The notes under the pieces: model-generated
Seen by the model: the letters and a program-made list of their open reading frames with translations, nothing else
Told to the model about the DNA's origin: nothing
Databases searched by the model: none
Shown: piece after piece, positions 17,287 to 26,406 of the stretch
Position numbering within the stretch: the first letter of the stretch is position 1
Layout of the letters: each line of letters starts with the position of its first letter
Assembly: GCA_001003385.1 (NCBI GenBank)
Contig: LCPA01000001.1
Location: forward strand, 1-48,276
Source of the DNA: Microgenomates group bacterium GW2011_GWF2_47_9
Lineage (GTDB): Bacteria; Patescibacteriota; Microgenomatia; UBA1400; UBA12108
Length of the DNA: 48,276 nucleotides
Direction: 5' to 3'
Translations under genes and position numbers: made by a program

Positions 17287-19464
17287 TTACCGACGGGGGC
17301 GAAAGCCTTGCCTGCCGGTAGACTGGCCGCCACGTCGATCTCTTCCAAAACCACCGGAGCGTGGTTCGCGGGGAGCCTCTGGCTTGAGCTCGGAGAGCGG
17401 GATCATGGAAAGATCAACTCGACCTTGGTCGTCAACACCCTTGACATAAACATGGACCGTATCACCTTCCTTGACGACCCCGGAGGCGTCAGAGACATAC
17501 TCCTTGCTCATCCGACTAACATGGACTAGCCCTTGTTTGCCGGGTGAGAACTGCACGAAGCAACCGTACCCTTCTACCCTAGTTACGACACCGTCGTATT
17601 CTTCGCCTGCTGTCGGAACATGAACCATTCCTTTTATCCAGGTAGAAGCTTTGTCCATACCCTCAGGATCAACGCCGGAAACAGTTACCATACCTTTGCC
17701 AGAACTGTCGTCGATGTCGACTTGAACCCCGGTTTCGGACATGATTAACTTGATCATTTTTCCGCCGGGGCCTATCACCTCGCCGATTTTATCCATGGGG
17801 ATCTCAAACTGAATAATCTTGGGAGCGTACTGACTGAGGGATGCTCTGGGATTAGCAATGGCTTTTAGCATAACCTCCATAATTTCTAAGCGAGCGTCTT
17901 TGGCTTGAGCAAGAGCTTGAGTTAAGACTTCAAAAGAGATTCCGGAAACTTTGATATCCATTTGCAGGGCGGTAATACCATCCTTGGTACCGGCAACCTT
18001 GAAGTCCATATCCCCGACATGATCTTCGATTCCGGCAATATCGGTGAGAACAACTGATTTTTTACCATCGGTCATGAGACCCATTGCAATTCCTGCTACT
18101 GGTTTTTTTAGGGGTACGCCTGCCGCCATCAAGGACATGGTTGAGCCACAGACACTAGCTTGACTAGTACTGCCATTGCTGCTCATGACCTCTGAAACTA
18201 CGTGAATTGTGTAAGGAAAGTCGGTCTCACTAGGTAGCATGGGAACGAGAGCTCGTTCGGCGAGAGCGCCGTGACCGATTTCGCGTCTACCAGGAAAACC
18301 AAATCTACCCGTTTCCCCGCTAGCGTAGGGGGGCATGGCGTAGTGATGAATATAGCGTTTGACTGTTTCGTCGGTCATGGTCTCAAGAATCTGACCCATG
18401 GCTGGTGAACCAAGGGTGGTAATCGAGAGAACCTGAGTTTGACCGCGCTTGAACATGGCTGAGCCGTGAGTACGAGGAAGGATGTCAACTTCGGCAACTA
18501 ACTCTCTGATTTCGGTGGTTTTTCGACCATCTACACGGATTTCCTCATTGATCGTCTTTTCTCGCACCAGTTCGGCTAAGAGATCGTGAACAATCTCACC
18601 GATTTGCTTGGGTTCAAGTGTTTCGGCATAATCGTCTTTCAGTTTTTCAACAAAACTTTCGACAAGACCATCTTCAGCCCCGGGGACTCCCAAGCGATTT
18701 TTGAGGTCAGCACTGATTTTGGTCGTGATTTCAGCTTTGAGGTCTAAAGGAATAGTTTCAACCGTGGAGAATACTTGTTTGGGTTTCCCGACTTGACTTC
18801 TCAACTCGTTTATCGCGGTGGTCACAACTTGGATTGCAGAATGTGCCGCTTTCATACCATCCAACACTTCTTGCTCGCTAACCTCGATTGCACCGGCTTC
18901 GACCATGACGATAGCCTTGTCGGAGCCTGAGACTACTAGATCTAGTTTACTTGATGCTCGCTCTTCATAGGTAGGATTGATTAAATATTTCCCATCCTTA
19001 AGACCAACCCTGACGCCTGCGATAGGACCGTCCCAGGGAATATCTGAGATGTGAAGGGCGGCGCTTGTTGCGATTAATCCCAACATGTCGGCGTCATTTA
19101 CTCCGTCGGCGGAGAGGACTGTCGCAATAACTTGGACATCACGGTGAACGTTCTTGGGGAAGAGAGGGCGAATAGAGCGGTCGATAATGCGCCCCTTTAG
19201 GATGGACTCGTCACTTGGTCTACCATCGCGCTTGACCCACCGGCTCCCTTTAATTTTTCCTCCAGCATATAGCTTCTCAGCAAAATCGACGGAAAGGGGG
19301 AAATATGGCAAGTTGGTCTCGGTTTTTGCCATCACGGTGGTAACATGGACTACGGTTTCACCATAGGTCGCAAGAATGGCGGCGTTAGCTTGTTCGGAAA
19401 ACCTTCCGTATTCTAAAATGAGTTCTTTATTCCCCAAGGGAATAGAAATTTTGGTTATTTTCAT
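17287..19464 (-). CDS. pnp: Polyribonucleotide nucleotidyltransferase (PNPase) with an Arg/Gly-rich C-terminal tail
   Basis: 725 aa with two RNase PH domains, KH (IGEVIGPGGKMIK) and S1 (GCFVQFSPGKQGLVHVS). The tail reads EAPREPRSGGFGRDRRGGQSTGRQGFRPRR. Confidence 0.93.
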   Translation of the reverse strand: MKITKISIPLGNKELILEYGRFSEQANAAILATYGETVVHVTTVMAKTETNLPYFPLSVDFAEKLYAGGKIKGSRWVKRDGRPSDESILKGRIIDRSIRPLFPKNVHRDVQVIATVLSADGVNDADMLGLIATSAALHISDIPWDGPIAGVRVGLKDGKYLINPTYEERASSKLDLVVSGSDKAIVMVEAGAIEVSEQEVLDGMKAAHSAIQVVTTAINELRSQVGKPKQVFSTVETIPLDLKAEITTKISADLKNRLGVPGAEDGLVESFVEKLKDDYAETLEPKQIGEIVHDLLAELVREKTINEEIRVDGRKTTEIRELVAEVDILPRTHGSAMFKRGQTQVLSITTLGSPAMGQILETMTDETVKRYIHHYAMPPYASGETGRFGFPGRREIGHGALAERALVPMLPSETDFPYTIHVVSEVMSSNGSTSQASVCGSTMSLMAAGVPLKKPVAGIAMGLMTDGKKSVVLTDIAGIEDHVGDMDFKVAGTKDGITALQMDIKVSGISFEVLTQALAQAKDARLEIMEVMLKAIANPRASLSQYAPKIIQFEIPMDKIGEVIGPGGKMIKLIMSETGVQVDIDDSSGKGMVTVSGVDPEGMDKASTWIKGMVHVPTAGEEYDGVVTRVEGYGCFVQFSPGKQGLVHVSRMSKEYVSDASGVVKEGDTVHVYVKGVDDQGRVDLSMIPLSELKPEAPREPRSGGFGRDRRGGQSTGRQGFRPRR

Positions 19465-19483
19465 GAGAAATTGACTGGACTTG

Positions 19484-19753
19484 TCACTTGGCGAGGTCGA
19501 GAGTTTTGATTAGGGCGCGGTAGCGATCTTCGGCTTTGTCCCGAAGATAATTTAAGAGACGCCTGCGCTTACTAACCATTTTGAGAAGACCCTTCCTACT
19601 GTGATTGTCCTTCTTGTGAGACTTCAAGTGGCCTGTTAGCTCCTTGATGCGCTCAGTGAGGAGGGCAATCTGGACCTCGGGTGAGCCAGTATCTCCTTTC
19701 GTAGTTGCAAACTTTTTTATAATATTGGTTTTTTTAGTAACGGCGAGTGACAT
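19484..19753 (-). CDS. rpsO: 30S ribosomal protein S15
   Basis: 89 aa: [51 protein letters not shown]. Confidence 0.93.
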   Translation of the reverse strand: MSLAVTKKTNIIKKFATTKGDTGSPEVQIALLTERIKELTGHLKSHKKDNHSRKGLLKMVSKRRRLLNYLRDKAEDRYRALIKTLDLAK

Positions 19754-19763
19754 ATAGTCGTGT

Positions 19764-19792
19764 ATTATACGGGAGGGAGATTAATATCGCAA
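19764..19792 (-). promoter_or_regulatory. Sigma70-type promoter of rpsO-pnp
   Basis: The minus strand reads TTGCGA (complement 19787-19792), a 17-nt spacer, then TATAAT (complement 19764-19769). The ATG is only 10 nt after the -10 and there is no SD. Confidence 0.6.
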
Positions 19793-19859
19793 GAGAGAGG
19801 GAGTGGGAGCAAACTAGAAAAGAAGGCAGGGTTGGGGTTTTTCGGTGAGATCGCTAGGA

Positions 19860-20720
19860 TTATCCGGTATTTTTCGAACTGCTCTTGAAAATTTTTGGTT
19901 TGAGCCAGTCTGGTGACCCTTGATCGAGTTTTTCTGGTTGAGACGGCTCTAAGTCAAGGATGGGGGTGTCGGAAATAATCTTGGCTTTTTCTGGACTCTT
20001 TCGGTGGGACATTCTGGCTCCGGCACGATAGAGGATGGCGAGGGCTTCGAAAGTGTCGGCGGTCATGTCGAGAGAATGCAAGGAGTCGGTGGCGGAAACT
20101 ATGCCCTGCATTAGATTTCCAGCAATGTCGATGTCTAGAGGAAGCCCTAGTTCTTGGATGACGGCTGTTGCCAGTTCTGAGTTACTTGCGACTAAATCGG
20201 TAAGATTAATCGAACCAAACGTGGAGTTGTTTTTGCCAAAATTGATGATCTCGGCCGATTCGAATAATTCTACTTCTTTCTCGGCGATTGGACCAAGAGC
20301 AGACAGAGAGTCGGCGCCTACCACAATGACAAGGTCGGCGGCGGCACCAGAGTAGCCAAAGCTAATATCTTCGGATTTAATTGAATCTAGGCCTTTTTTG
20401 GGGGTGATGATTAAGTTGAGATGACCACCTTCGGTATTACTGGTAACTTTTTCAACTGCGTCTTCTTCAAGATTGAAGGTGATAACTAGATTGGAACCAC
20501 CAACGTCATTCGTGACTTTGTCGATTCCAACTAGATGTGAATCTCGAACAACAGCCGGGTCAGAGGCGATAACTTTTGTCTTTTTGCCGTACGCGTTTAG
20601 GGATAGGTAAAGAGCAAGCGCGGCAGACATGACATCTTCTGAGGGGTTGGCTGGGATTGCTACTATAAGCGAGTTTTTGGCATCTAAGGATGATTTAAAA
20701 TCTTGAAGATTGTTGGTCAT
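19860..20720 (-). CDS. NrnA/DHH-family phosphoesterase homolog with degenerate catalytic motifs
   Basis: 286 aa. DHH-fold-like layout (LIVAIPANPSEDVMSAALALYLSL..., DLVIVVGADSL, IAGNLMQGIVSATDSL), but the DHH triad position reads NFGKN and the PDGD position reads PSED. Confidence 0.4.
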   Translation of the reverse strand: MTNNLQDFKSSLDAKNSLIVAIPANPSEDVMSAALALYLSLNAYGKKTKVIASDPAVVRDSHLVGIDKVTNDVGGSNLVITFNLEEDAVEKVTSNTEGGHLNLIITPKKGLDSIKSEDISFGYSGAAADLVIVVGADSLSALGPIAEKEVELFESAEIINFGKNNSTFGSINLTDLVASNSELATAVIQELGLPLDIDIAGNLMQGIVSATDSLHSLDMTADTFEALAILYRAGARMSHRKSPEKAKIISDTPILDLEPSQPEKLDQGSPDWLKPKIFKSSSKNTG

Positions 20721-20761
20721 ATTCCCCCTATTCTCTCGGGGGCAGGCGCGAGAATGAGTAT

Positions 20762-22207
20762 TTACTCGTCAAGTGATTTATTTTTCTTATAGGATATTAT
20801 AGTGTCTTTTTCCCGCAAGTCAAGTTTGGGGAAGAAGAGAATGCCACATTCTTTCCCTGTCGCAACGGATTTTAATTCTTCTTTGCCGACTCTTATTGAT
20901 TTTATTCTGGCGTTTTTGGTTTCACCGTCTTTTTTAATGACGTGAACAGTATCGCCAACCTCGAATTTGCCGGATTCTATTAGACAGCCGGCGATCCGAT
21001 CTGCATTAATCTCGAAAATTTTGAGGATCTTGGCACGACCTAGCTCTTCTTCGTCGATGGTGGGTTCCAGTAATCGTAAAACCTTTTTTTCGAGGTATTC
21101 AAGAAGTTCATAGATAATTGAGTATTGTTTGATTGTGACCCCTTCTGTCTCGGCGAGCTTGGTAACAGAGGAGTTTGCTTTGACCTCAAAGCCTAAAATG
21201 ATCGAACCTGTAGTGCTGGCAAGAAGGACGTCGGACTCGGTTATGTCTCCTGAAGCGCTCACGATTAGATTGATCTCGGCCGCGAGGGAACCTCGAATCG
21301 CCTCTAGTGAACCCAAGGAACCAGCTTTGAGAACAACATTGAGTTTGTTTTCGCTTGGTTCTAGGATTGGAGAAGACTCGACTATTTCTGGTTCACCAGG
21401 GAGACTAGAGTTTGGCAAAATGAGTTCCCCTACTTCGGGAAGCGATTTGAACCCAAGAATTTGACAGGGTTTCCCTGGGAGGACAGTATGGATTGGGAGA
21501 TTTAGGTCGTTAAAAAGAGCTTTAACTTTGAGAAGCGCGCTTGCAGTACGCAGAGAGTCTCCTTCCATAATTTTGCCTGCTCTTACGATCGCACTCACCA
21601 AGATACCTCGTTTCATATCCCGCTTCGCTTCGATAATGGGAGCGCTTAAGTCGGCCTCCTCTTTATAGTCCAGCTCTTCCAGTTCGGCCATAAGAAGGAG
21701 ATTTTCTAGGAGGGAGCTCACCCCAGCCCCGGTTTTGGCCGAGATTTCAACAACTGGAATGTTGCCGCCGTACCCTTCTACAAAAACCTGATGTTCTGTA
21801 AGTTGGGCCTTGGCATTGTCTGGAATTACGCCTGGTTTATCCATTTTATTCAAGGCGACTATAAAGGGAGTTTTGGAGGCGTGGAGATATTTAATTGACT
21901 CGGCGGTCTGAGGCTTGACCCCGTCGTCGGCCGCGATGACAAGTACGGCCAGGTCGGCAACTTCTGCACCTCGAGAGCGCATCTTGGAAAAAGCGGCGTG
22001 GCCAGGAGTGTCGATGAAAGTGAGAAATTTGCCTTGATATTCAGCTTCGTAAGCACCAATCGATTGAGTAATACCGCCTATTTCTTTGGCGGCTTGATGT
22101 GAGGTTCGAATATGGTCTAGTAGGCTAGTTTTGCCGTGATCAACATGACCCAGGATGGCGATGATTGGCTGGCGAAACTGGGGAGCCTGTGTGTTTGTAG
22201 TTGCCAT
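20762..22207 (-). CDS. infB: Translation initiation factor IF-2, core-only form starting at the G domain
   Basis: 481 aa: [18 protein letters not shown] (G1), DTPGH (G3), NKMD (G4), followed by the beta-barrel and C-terminal domains. Confidence 0.92.
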   Translation of the reverse strand: MATTNTQAPQFRQPIIAILGHVDHGKTSLLDHIRTSHQAAKEIGGITQSIGAYEAEYQGKFLTFIDTPGHAAFSKMRSRGAEVADLAVLVIAADDGVKPQTAESIKYLHASKTPFIVALNKMDKPGVIPDNAKAQLTEHQVFVEGYGGNIPVVEISAKTGAGVSSLLENLLLMAELEELDYKEEADLSAPIIEAKRDMKRGILVSAIVRAGKIMEGDSLRTASALLKVKALFNDLNLPIHTVLPGKPCQILGFKSLPEVGELILPNSSLPGEPEIVESSPILEPSENKLNVVLKAGSLGSLEAIRGSLAAEINLIVSASGDITESDVLLASTTGSIILGFEVKANSSVTKLAETEGVTIKQYSIIYELLEYLEKKVLRLLEPTIDEEELGRAKILKIFEINADRIAGCLIESGKFEVGDTVHVIKKDGETKNARIKSIRVGKEELKSVATGKECGILFFPKLDLREKDTIISYKKNKSLDE

Positions 22208-22228
22208 GGTTAACCCTTTCAGTCGACA

Positions 22229-23470
22229 TTATGCTTGCGCGGCAAGAGCCGCTTTTTCTTCCTGATAACGTCGAATTTTATCTGCTTCTTCTATCGCTTG
22301 AGCCTTGCGCTTGTGGAAGCGAGCAATGGCTTTGCCTGTTTCTTCTGGGCCACGCTCGTCAACGGCGGATAGTTCGGCTGAAATCGAGGGGAGCTTGGCT
22401 TCTAGATCCGCGACTAATTTAATTCCCATCTCGAGCAGGGTATTTCTGACTTTGGAGGATAGGCCTAGTTCATCGATCTCAAATTGCTCATCTCCGGAAG
22501 TAGAGATAGCAACTTTGGTGGCGCCATCACCTTTGATATCTATTTTGTAACCGGTTAGTTTAGCGGCGAGGCGGGCATTTTGACCACCTTTACCGATGGC
22601 AAGAGAGAGCTGATCTTCGGGAACAACACAAACGACTTTCCTGTTCTTGCTGTCAATCTCGACAGAGAGGTTTTCGGCGGGGGCGAGGGCGGCGGCAATA
22701 TATTTGTCGACTTCTGTTGAGTATTCGATGATGTCGATTTTTTCTCCGTTGAGTTCATTGATGACGGCCTGGACGCGGACGCCTTTTTGACCAACGCAGG
22801 AGCCGACCGGATCTACCCCATCTGCTTTTGATTTGACGGCAAGTTTGGTTCTATGTCCTGCCTCTCTGGCTAGAGAGACGATCTCTACAGCGTGAGAGCT
22901 GACTTCGGGGACTTCCCGCTCGAAGAGTGCGCGGATAAGCTCGGGTGCGGCACGTGAAACGATGATGGTTTTACCTTTGTAGGTCTCGCGGATTTCCTTG
23001 ATATAGACGGCAATCCTTTGATTGAGACGGTAAAACTCGTTGGGAATCGCCTCTTGATTGGGCATGAGAGCTTGACCACGTCCGATATCAACCACAACAT
23101 GGGGGCCATCAAAACGAAGTACCATACCGGTAACCATGGTGCCAATCTTGTCGGTGTAATCGGCAATAATGGCGTCTTTTTCGGCTTCCCGGACTCGCTG
23201 AAGAATAACTTGTTTAGCCACTTGCGCGGCGATTCTGCCAAAGCCAGCAGGGGTAGCAGACACACCATCTTTGAAGACGGCGATGGCGCCTGTCTCTTCG
23301 TTGACTGTGACGGAGTAGGCGTCGATTTCTTCCTCTGGGATACCAAAATCGCGTCGTAGAGCGGCTTGAATAGCTAGCTTGATGGAATCGATAATGATCG
23401 ATGGTTCAATCCCGCGTTCGGCGCAGATTTGATTAAGGGCGAGGGCAAATTCGGATCTGATCTGTGACAT
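22229..23470 (-). CDS. nusA: Transcription termination/antitermination factor NusA
   Basis: Starts at the internal ATG (complement 23468-23470): MSQIRSEFALALNQICAERGIE. S1 and two KH domains (GVRVQAVINEL, IGKGGQNARLAAKLTG) plus one HhH repeat. GGAGA lies 7 nt upstream. The 34 codons further upstream in the track ORF look spurious. Confidence 0.92.
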   Translation of the reverse strand: MSQIRSEFALALNQICAERGIEPSIIIDSIKLAIQAALRRDFGIPEEEIDAYSVTVNEETGAIAVFKDGVSATPAGFGRIAAQVAKQVILQRVREAEKDAIIADYTDKIGTMVTGMVLRFDGPHVVVDIGRGQALMPNQEAIPNEFYRLNQRIAVYIKEIRETYKGKTIIVSRAAPELIRALFEREVPEVSSHAVEIVSLAREAGHRTKLAVKSKADGVDPVGSCVGQKGVRVQAVINELNGEKIDIIEYSTEVDKYIAAALAPAENLSVEIDSKNRKVVCVVPEDQLSLAIGKGGQNARLAAKLTGYKIDIKGDGATKVAISTSGDEQFEIDELGLSSKVRNTLLEMGIKLVADLEAKLPSISAELSAVDERGPEETGKAIARFHKRKAQAIEEADKIRRYQEEKAALAAQA

Positions 23471-23510
23471 ATGACTATCTCCACATTTAGATATGTTAGG
23501 TCGAGTTCTA

Positions 23511-23536
23511 TGAAAAAGGTGGGCATATCCCACCTT
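23511..23536 (-). terminator. Rho-independent terminator between the lipoprotein gene and nusA
   Basis: The minus strand reads AAGGTGGG-ATATG-CCCACCTT-TTTCAT, an 8-bp GC-rich stem, 5-nt loop and U-tract. Confidence 0.7.
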
Positions 23537-23596
23537 GCCACGAACACTACGACTCTTGTGATTGTAGCACAAAATAGGTCAGTAAAACAAATTTGG

Positions 23597-23809
23597 CTAC
23601 TCTAGATCGGAAAAGTCTTCTTCAAAAATGACGGTGTTATTTATATCTGCTTTGAGACTATCGATTTCAGTACTCTCTGAGGTGGGAGCGGTACTGTCGA
23701 TTAGCGATTCGTCCATACCCTGTCCAGTCTCATTTGGTTTGGAACCTAGAAGAGTGCATCCGCCAAGAAGTAGAGCCGAGATAGCAAGAATAGTGATTTT
23801 TTTAATCAT
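23597..23809 (-). CDS. Small acidic lipoprotein
   Basis: 70 aa with signal peptide and lipobox ALLLGGC. The mature part is Asp/Glu/Ser/Thr-rich. Confidence 0.55.
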   Translation of the reverse strand: MIKKITILAISALLLGGCTLLGSKPNETGQGMDESLIDSTAPTSESTEIDSLKADINNTVIFEEDFSDLE

Positions 23810-24335
23810 ATGATTTCAGAGCCGACTTTAATAATTCGAGTACCTGTTTGAATGCGTTTCGTGCCTCCTCTGCCTGGGATTGACCTAGTCTAACCTTATT
23901 TTGCATCTCGTCCTGACTCCATTCTGGGTCGAAAGAAGTAAATGTTTGAATTGCCTCTTTACCCTTTGATTCTGCAGAGAGGAGGTTGGACTTGGCCTGA
24001 TCAAGGAGTTGTTGAGATGTAGTGGTGTCTTTGCCCTCAGTTTTTGACAAATCTAACCTGGCTTGAAAGCGAGTAATGATGTTGTTTAGGCGTTCATAGT
24101 AGAAAGAAAACCTTTTTTGAAGTCGCTCGGCGTGGTTTTTGGCTAAACGTAATCTGGTTTCGATCCGCTTGGTTTGAATTTCTTGCCTTTGTTCTTCGCG
24201 GCGATCCTCTAACTCTTGTTGAATTTTTTGGCTGTTGTCATCCCCAACCTTGCCGGTAGAGGTCTCCGCATGAAGTGCTGGAACAAATAAAAATGAAGAA
24301 CAGAAGATGATGGTCGCAAGCAGGATTTTATGCAT
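23802..24335 (-). CDS. Secreted coiled-coil protein, unknown function
   Basis: 177 aa. Signal peptide ...FVPALHA|ETS. The remainder is heptad-like and rich in Glu, Arg, Gln and Lys. Confidence 0.5.
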   Translation of the reverse strand: MHKILLATIIFCSSFLFVPALHAETSTGKVGDDNSQKIQQELEDRREEQRQEIQTKRIETRLRLAKNHAERLQKRFSFYYERLNNIITRFQARLDLSKTEGKDTTTSQQLLDQAKSNLLSAESKGKEAIQTFTSFDPEWSQDEMQNKVRLGQSQAEEARNAFKQVLELLKSALKSYD

Positions 24336-24355
24336 AATTTCCCAAAACTTATATT

Positions 24356-25264
24356 TTAGAAGCTAATGCTTTCCAGAAAACGCTTGAAAGGCGTTGACTC
24401 GGCGCTTTCCGAAAGCACCACCTCTCCGGATTCGGCCGAGAGATAGGCTCTCTTTTTAAAGGCTAATTTGAAAAGACCGAGAACTTTTTTGTCTTCTGTA
24501 GCGCTAAATTTGTAGACCGGAATTTCATTCTCAATTTCAAGTTCAACTGATTCATCGGTTGTTAACAAACCAAGGCTCGCTAGTTTATCGGCCGCTTCGT
24601 CTGGTAAAACGGAGACGATCTTTTGCTCGCCATCAGCGCGCGTGACAATAAGTTCGTTGTTTTCACCAAGGGAGAGGGGGAGCGAGGTATGGGCATTGAG
24701 CCTGGAAGTAGTGATTTCTAGCTTGTCTTTGAGGGCGTTGATTTCCAGGAACGAACCGTCGGATTTTTCGACACGCAGTTTTTCTTTTATCGGAATTTCC
24801 TGGTCGGTATTGCGGAGAACTTGACCGTTTTCGGCCATGACTTCTTGACGCACTCTGAGAACTCCGTCCTCAGATTTGACTTGGGTTTTAATAGTTTGCT
24901 TAAGCCTTTCCTGAGCCTTTTTACGGGCCTCGATCTCTTTTTCTAGTTTTTGTTTGGCAAGTTCGCGCTCGTTCTCTAGGCGGTCTTTCTCTGCTTCTCT
25001 AGCTTGTTCGCGAGCACGTTTTTCGGTTTGAGTCTCGTCATTGCGTTCATCATCTTCGTCTTCATCTTCCACTTCTACTTCTACTTCGTTTTCTTCCTCT
25101 ATTTCGATTTCATCGCTATCGTCGCCTAAAACAAAGCCATCTACTTGGACTAAGGTGCCTGACCTGTCAATTAACCAAGCGGCGAGCGCCAAGGAGTTTT
25201 GACTAGTAACAAAGAAAGCGAAAAATAAGAGCGCGAAGCCGACAATGATGTTTTTGCTCTGCAT
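24356..25264 (-). CDS. Secreted protein with a poly-acidic tract and coiled coil, unknown function
   Basis: Start chosen at the ATG at complement 25262-25264, with GGAGG 6 nt upstream (complement 25271-25275). Signal peptide, then DEIEIEEENEVEVEVEDEDEDDERNDE, a charged coiled coil and a beta-rich C-terminus. Confidence 0.5.
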   Translation of the reverse strand: MQSKNIIVGFALLFFAFFVTSQNSLALAAWLIDRSGTLVQVDGFVLGDDSDEIEIEEENEVEVEVEDEDEDDERNDETQTEKRAREQAREAEKDRLENERELAKQKLEKEIEARKKAQERLKQTIKTQVKSEDGVLRVRQEVMAENGQVLRNTDQEIPIKEKLRVEKSDGSFLEINALKDKLEITTSRLNAHTSLPLSLGENNELIVTRADGEQKIVSVLPDEAADKLASLGLLTTDESVELEIENEIPVYKFSATEDKKVLGLFKLAFKKRAYLSAESGEVVLSESAESTPFKRFLESISF

Positions 25265-25337
25265 AATAAACCTCCTAATTTGAATGGTACTAGAAACAGT
25301 TAAGTACAATAGCTAATAGGAGTCAAGTCATACTAGA

Positions 25338-26213
25338 TCAGGAATCGATTTCTCGACCCAAATCTTCGACCAAACGACGGGCGCGACGGGAAAGCTTGCT
25401 GGGAAGCATAACCTTGAATTTGACATACAGATCGCCATACATGTTTTTGGAGAGATGTTTAACGCCTTTGCCGGAAAGTCTAACTGTGGTTGAGGGCTGA
25501 GTACCAGGGCGAATCTTGAGCTTGAGCGATCCTGTTAGAGTGGGGATTGCTGTCTCTCCACCCAAGAGAGCCAGGGTGAGTGGGATCTCGTGGTAGACAA
25601 ATAGGTTGTAGCCTTCGCGTCTAAAAATTGGGTCTGGTTCGACGTTGAGGGAAATATCAAATTGATTATAGCGAATTCTAGTCCCGTCGTCGGCGCCAGC
25701 GGGGATTTTGACGGTATACTCTTTGCCTTGGTGAACAAAAGATTTTTCGACTCCCTTGACGGCATCCATAAAGCTGATTTTGATTGAGTAGTGGGGTTTG
25801 GCGCGGTACTGACCGCCAAAGGGGTTATTGCCACCAAAGAAAGTCTCGAAGATGTCAAAAGGGTCTGAAAAGTTGCCTGAGCCACGGAATAAATCTTCAA
25901 AGCCTCCGCCTGACGAGTAGGAATAGGTGAATGGCCCCTGACCATAAGATTGTCCCCCACCACCAAAACCACCAAAACCAGAGGACGGATCAAAGGCGGC
26001 ATGGCCAAATTGGTCATATTTGGCGCGCTTTTCCTGATTACTTAGGACTTCGTAGGCCTCATTAATCTCTTTAAATTTTGCTTCGGCACCGGCATCTTTA
26101 TTGCGGTCGGGATGCCAACGTAGAGCCAGTTTGCGGTAGGCTTGCTTGAGCTCGCTGTCGCTCGCGTCGCGTTTAACTCCTAAAATTTCGTAATAATCTT
26201 TTTTTGCGGACAT
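25338..26213 (-). CDS. dnaJ: J-domain co-chaperone in the dnaJ position but without the Cys-rich zinc-finger domain (class B / CbpA-like)
   Basis: [13 protein letters not shown]...WHPDRNK (HPD motif), a G/F-rich region, then substrate-binding beta domains with no CxxCxGxG repeats. The start is the internal ATG at complement 26211-26213. Confidence 0.85.
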   Translation of the reverse strand: MSAKKDYYEILGVKRDASDSELKQAYRKLALRWHPDRNKDAGAEAKFKEINEAYEVLSNQEKRAKYDQFGHAAFDPSSGFGGFGGGGQSYGQGPFTYSYSSGGGFEDLFRGSGNFSDPFDIFETFFGGNNPFGGQYRAKPHYSIKISFMDAVKGVEKSFVHQGKEYTVKIPAGADDGTRIRYNQFDISLNVEPDPIFRREGYNLFVYHEIPLTLALLGGETAIPTLTGSLKLKIRPGTQPSTTVRLSGKGVKHLSKNMYGDLYVKFKVMLPSKLSRRARRLVEDLGREIDS

Positions 26214-26406
26214 GAGGGCAATTCTAGCAGGCGGAAATCTAACTAGCAATAACTAGTTGAGAGTGCTACTGGTGGTACAGTCCGGGAGAAGCTGGGTTGA
26301 AAGTTCTGGCCTTCCTGACATGAAAGGGATTCTAGCAGGATTTTGAGAGTAATCAATTATAGGATCATTTTATGACAGCGAAGGCACGGGCGCTGTAACC
26401 CCCTAA

